DNA of 64,000 nt from Catajapyx aquilonaris (Eukaryota): contig KZ538074.1 in the NCBI GenBank assembly GCA_000934665.2, positions 1-64,000 on the forward strand, written 5' to 3'. The notes below the pieces were generated by a model. That model made no database searches. It was not told the DNA's origin and saw nothing but the letters and a program-made list of their open reading frames with translations. The first letter of the stretch is position 1; each line of letters starts with the position of its first letter. Below, one piece after another: positions 38,297 through 64,000 of this stretch. Both the position numbers and the translations under genes were made by a program.

Positions 38297-38759
38297 CAGG
38301 GTGGCCACGAAAAAAGGGGCACATGTTTGATGAGCAATAAGTCAATAAGAAAATTAATGAAAGCAAATAAAACTACAAGAAAACATGCATAGAGTCAGGA
38401 AAATGATTGTAATGCATATTTTCCAACTTGGGTCAACTTGGGCACCATTCAAGTCGATGAAAGCTTGACGACTTACTTTGAGAAATTGCCTGTACGCTCC
38501 CCTTACCTTACTCCAGCTGACTTTTTTCCTTTGCAGATATTCAAAAAAATCAAGTGTACAAGCATGCCAAATCATTCAAAACGTGACGTGACTCATCTTT
38601 GCCAAGTTATTATTGAGTTTAATTCAATTCCTGTCGTGACCAGCATTAAAGCATGCAAGAAGGGCAAAATATGACTTCAAGCTTGGATCGACTTGAATGG
38701 TGCCCAAGTTGACCCAAGATAGTCATCGAACATGTGCCCCTTTCTTCATGGCCACCCTG
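38297..38759. mobile_element. Tc1/mariner-type MITE
   Basis: TA|CAGGGTGGCCA...TGGCCACCCTG|TA. Confidence 0.8.
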
Positions 38760-38771
38760 TATACTATAGCA

Positions 38772-39133
38772 CAGGGGTGGGCAAACTGCGGCTCTTTGAC
38801 ATTACATGTGCGGCTCTCGGATATATGCTGACAGGGCTTATTCATTTGCAGTTAAAATAATAATCAGACAGGATTTAAAAAAAATATGTACTGCATCTTA
38901 CATGTACAATAAGGGATGTCTGTCTATGACATTATGCTTTTTGAAACTAATACAAAGCAACACTTGTAAAAAATACTTACACAAATAAATACTACATCAT
39001 AAAATCATAAATGTATTCCTTATTTGTAAAAGAATGATCATGGAACAATAAAAACATAAGTGTAATTCTGTAATATTTGTTCATGTCTTGCAGCTCTTCA
39101 GTGTATGAAGTCTATCACATTTGGCCACCCCTG
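38772..39133. mobile_element. hAT-type MITE
   Basis: CAGGGGTGGGCAAA...TTTGGCCACCCCTG; flanks share tatagca. Confidence 0.7.
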
Positions 39134-41372
39134 CGTATAGCATATACTGGAAGGTTTGCATCTGACTGCCCAAAAAGTGCATCTGATAAGTCTCTGCTAG
39201 TTGCTACTGTATTTTGAAGCATCTAGTGACCTGCTGGTAACAATCCATCCTCTAGGATGACCATCTCTGAAAATTCTGCCATAGGCACCTGCCACTTCTG
39301 CTCTCATTCAAAAACTTAACTCAAATAATTTGTAGTCAAAATGGGAAGTTAAACCTAACACTATCAGCTAACATTTGTGACAACCCCAAAAGGTAACTGC
39401 TCGAAAGTAATTACTTATCTATCAAATTGTGCTGCTGCACTCAACCCTAGATCTCCAACTGTGACTAACACAATGATCCAATTGGATTGCTTTTCATAGA
39501 AAATAATAATTTTATCCATGTCTAATAGCATGCGTATGGAGTTCAACCTTTAACCCTTTCTTTCCATCCATGCCCATGATCCTTCACCTGGATTAGACAT
39601 ACAACTCCTGCCTCCTAACCTGTTGCTGGACCCCAGCTCGTCTACTCCAAGTTCCCAGTTCCCAGTCACACATTACCAAGGGCAACATTTTATGTCCTTT
39701 TCAAGGCTTAACCCCTTCAGCCCCAGGGCTAAAAAATCCCATGTGTGCCATCGCCTATGCATGTAGTCTACTGGGGCTGAACAGGTTCACGTACTTCAAG
39801 TGTTTACGTAGATTAGGAAATCCCTCACCTACGCCTGGTTATTAGCAGTCATCCTTGGACCTGGTTGATGGGCTAAGAAGGCCCTTCTTAGCCCCTGATA
39901 CATAACTTACCTTTCTGGGCAAGAAAATAAAAGCCACATGAAAAGAGTTAATTCATTCATGACATTGTCAAAAGTCACTGTAGCCATTGTGACCTGAGTC
40001 TATATCAAAGTTCTCACTCCTTTATACTGACGTTGTCTAGATACATATGACACTGTAATTGGTATTCTTGCCTGTTAGAAGGTATCACTGTCTAAGCTAT
40101 TTAAAACAAATTCTATGCACAAAAGTTTTTATTTCCTCACCAGATACTCACTCTACACTTTCCATGTACAAAAGTTACCAGCCATGACTTATATACATTA
40201 TATAAAAGATCACTTTGCAGTGAGAAAAAAGTCCACAAGCACACATTCTCTAACACAAGACCAAATTAAAATAATATTATAATTATTATAATTCAACACT
40301 TGCACATGGTTGGGAAAAGGATGGGTGAAAAATGTCAAGAAATTGAAAAACACACACCCAGTTACCTGCACCTTTTAAAAAGTCACATTTTCCAAAAATA
40401 TATGAATTTAATTCTTTTTTGTACATGTCTTTGCAATATCTCCTACATAATTTGTTATTTTTTCACAGGATATTTAATATTATTTTTGGTAATAGTGTAG
40501 AAGTCCTGAGTAATAAAGACAGAAAATCTGCAAGTTTTACTAGGAAAAACACCAGTGTGGCTGCAACTTCCAACAATTAGGAGTAAACAAGAATAATTTT
40601 CAAGGAGAAAAAATCAACTAGAAGTGACAATTGAAGCCGATTTAATGAACACTGCTGTGAGGCAAATTCCATCAGTCAAGAATATTCCGAATTATTCTGG
40701 TAGATCCTGATAATAGATCGACAGCATGGAGACTTGTGATGACTGACTTTACTGACTTAATATCATGGATAGTTACTTATGCTAATCTAACTTAACCTAC
40801 CCTATCTCAACTTAATTAGGTAAGCGCTTTCAGTATTATGCCATATTGTCACATTGATTACATATGTATCATTTATCAGTCCTGTTGTGCATCACTATTG
40901 ATCTGCTCTACATGAGGGCTATGTGTATGCTATGGCTTGAGAGTATTCATTTAACCACTTTCAAGACCATTTCCAGTTGGTTTTTTCATTCTGAAATTCC
41001 TGGTTATTCTTTAGTCAGCAGTAAGGTTTGCATAAGCATTCTTCTTAATAAAACTTACAGATTTTCTTCATTTATTGGTCAGTACTTCCACACAATTACC
41101 TTATTTAGGGACTACTACCACGCCTAAAAATTGTGATGCATAATTATAGTCTCAAACTTTTTGCATTTGTAGTGACCAGACATAACTTCATAGAAATGGC
41201 AGAGTTATGTATTGTACGTAAGAAATTATTTTACTTGATTATGTCCACATAACTTACCCCCATCATAATGTTTAAATAGGTTGCTAATGTAAGGTTTTTT
41301 TTCCATCACCTAAATTATGAACCTTAATTATTATTTCTTTAGGAACACTGGCCAAGCAAATAAAACAATTAA

Positions 41373-41588
41373 CCCTAGAATGCATACCAGGGTGGTGAAA
41401 TCAGCCCATACGATTCTGAATCGACTGGACAGCACTTCTCCCACCATGCGAAATTGTAAACAGGTCTTAACCTACAATATTAGCAGTTTTCCAATTTCAT
41501 CCCGATTCGAGTGAACTAGAAAGCCTTTAGAGTGACAGACGTAACGGTATGCATTAATGAGAGCAGGAGGAGGATATGCATTCTAGGG
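41373..41588. mobile_element. piggyBac-type MITE downstream of the Sfmbt stop codon
   Basis: TTAA|CCCTAGAATGCATA...TATGCATTCTAGGG|TTAA. Confidence 0.85.
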
Positions 41589-42032
41589 TTAAAGAAAGAC
41601 CAACCTCCTCTAAGACATACCAACAACATTTAATAACTTAAGCTGGTTGACGGTCATCATATGTTTGCATAATTGTTTGTTTTTCAATGTCACAATTCAC
41701 TGACCTTTTGCTCCTCACAATGCAATTGTGTAACTTAACACACATGTTGTTTAATAAGGGCAAAAATTCCTCTTTACTTCTCTAAACACAATTAAGGCAA
41801 GCCAAAACAGAACACTTCAGGAATCTTAAAAGTGGGATGTCATGTTCATAAATTGGAACATGTCCACGTATCAAATGGTAACACTAAACCAAACCAGAGT
41901 CTTGCCGACTGAATTTTTCAATGTTGATGACTTTGAGATGAATTTTCCCTTTTAGGATGTCCCTATGTTAAATATATAGCAATATTTATATATCTATGTA
42001 TATATGTATAAATTTCTTCTGTGCAGTTGGTA

Positions 42033-62572
<20,540 letters not shown>

Positions 62573-64000
62573 CTTGAAAAATAACGTGTACATGATTAGT
62601 AGGTCCTATTGCACAGTAATTAAATCAGCATTCTAGCACCCCTATTTTGGACATGTTTAGGGTGATTAAAATACTTGTCCAACTAATATGGAGTTTGAAA
62701 AATTACTTTATATGGTTATCCAAAGGATTTGCTGCTAATATTAGGTTACTTGTTCCAACCCAAAGCATCATTGATTATTTTTATTTCAATTTTTCTGGAA
62801 ATGGTAGCTAATGGCTGCTTTTTTGATTGTCCAAGTGTCCATTAAAATTGAAAATAAAAGTTTGTGACTTACAAGGTGCAAGTTTTTGCTGAAATATGGA
62901 GTTGCAAGGTTTCACATTTTGCATATTGATGTGCATTTGGATTACTTAGTTGAGAACTTTTTCACTTAAGGTTTTAAAATTATCACAAAGTTAATCATCC
63001 ACCATATCAGCACTGTGTAATTCAAGTTTATGTGACATGATGAATGGAATGGGGATAGACTGGCATTAGTGCTATGAATATGGAATGGGATTCCTCAACC
63101 CTTTTCAATCCTTGCACTATTTCTCTATTGGTAAGTATGAATCATATTCAAAAACAATATGGACTGCCTATGTGCAAGGAAATTTTGGTAATAAATATAG
63201 CCATGCATGTAAAAAATCACTAATAGTTCACCATTAATCATACAATGATAGTGGAACCACAGCTGGTTGTACTACTTTAGCACTCATAACAGTTAGCTCT
63301 TATGTTAATAAGTCACATAAATTAGTTTGTGCAATTTACCAACACATTAAAATGGTTAGGTGATGTGGAATGAAGTTGCCAAATGTATGCACTGCGGCAC
63401 CTGAAAACACAGAAATCAGGGTGTGCCTTCAGCAGCTTAATACTTATTTTGCATGGAGGCAGTGCATTTCATTTGAAAGCTGGGTTCAACAAACCAGGCA
63501 ATACATCCTGACTCTCAGGATTCCATTGGTTTTCTCAGAAGATAATTATCGGAATGGCAAGAGCCACAAAGCTGTCACTGCTAGCTAGTGGTGTACTATA
63601 TAGCGCAAAAAAAAATGAAGATGATTTTGCATTTGGTTTCAATGCAAAATGGTCTCCATCTTTTTGAGCGATATAGTACATTGTTGGAAGCCATAGACTA
63701 TAAATTTTCAGGTAATCATTGAGTACCTCCTGCTTCAGGCAGATTTTGCGAGCCTGCACATGCAGGCCCAACCTCTGAGACTACTAAAAAAGTCTGGTTT
63801 TCCAGTTCCATAAGCAGTGCTGGGTGTCACCCCATCTGATGAACCCACAGTCCCCTTTGGCTGACGAAAATCAGGATGCCCAGTTTTTAGAACTTAACTT
63901 GCAAATTGCAATGGCCCATTCAGCCTTGTCCTAGTGCATATTCTCTAGCTCTGTTGAAGATGACCTTTCTTTCCAGAAAAGTAATTTGACCATCACTGGT

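Overview
Eukaryotic, intron-rich and repeat-dense DNA, animal and most likely arthropod/insect-like judging from the protein sequences. Three protein-coding genes can be assembled by hand. (1) An HSF-family DNA-binding-domain gene on + (exons 9771-9911 and 11349-11873/11930) with a GC-AG intron and no visible trimerisation coil. (2) A SUMO2/3-type gene on + (exons 22067-22084, 26968-27096, 29464-29601; 94 aa). (3) The Polycomb gene Sfmbt on - (13 exons, 62572 to 42033; FCS zinc finger, 4 MBT repeats, SAM; one GC-AG intron; the 5' exon is probably further upstream). The rest is tRNA-derived SINEs with TSDs, MITEs (Tc1/mariner/pogo, hAT, PIF, piggyBac types), decayed mariner transposases, a ~145-bp satellite, microsatellites, long palindromes and one assembly gap. 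I found no clearly new biological system. The best leads are the atypical HSF-domain protein with duplicated SUMO-site modules next to SUMO and Sfmbt, an ETS-CRE-YY1 antisense promoter candidate in an Sfmbt intron, an inverted duplication bracketing the HSF gene, and a modular SINE family. All calls were made by eye without database searches.
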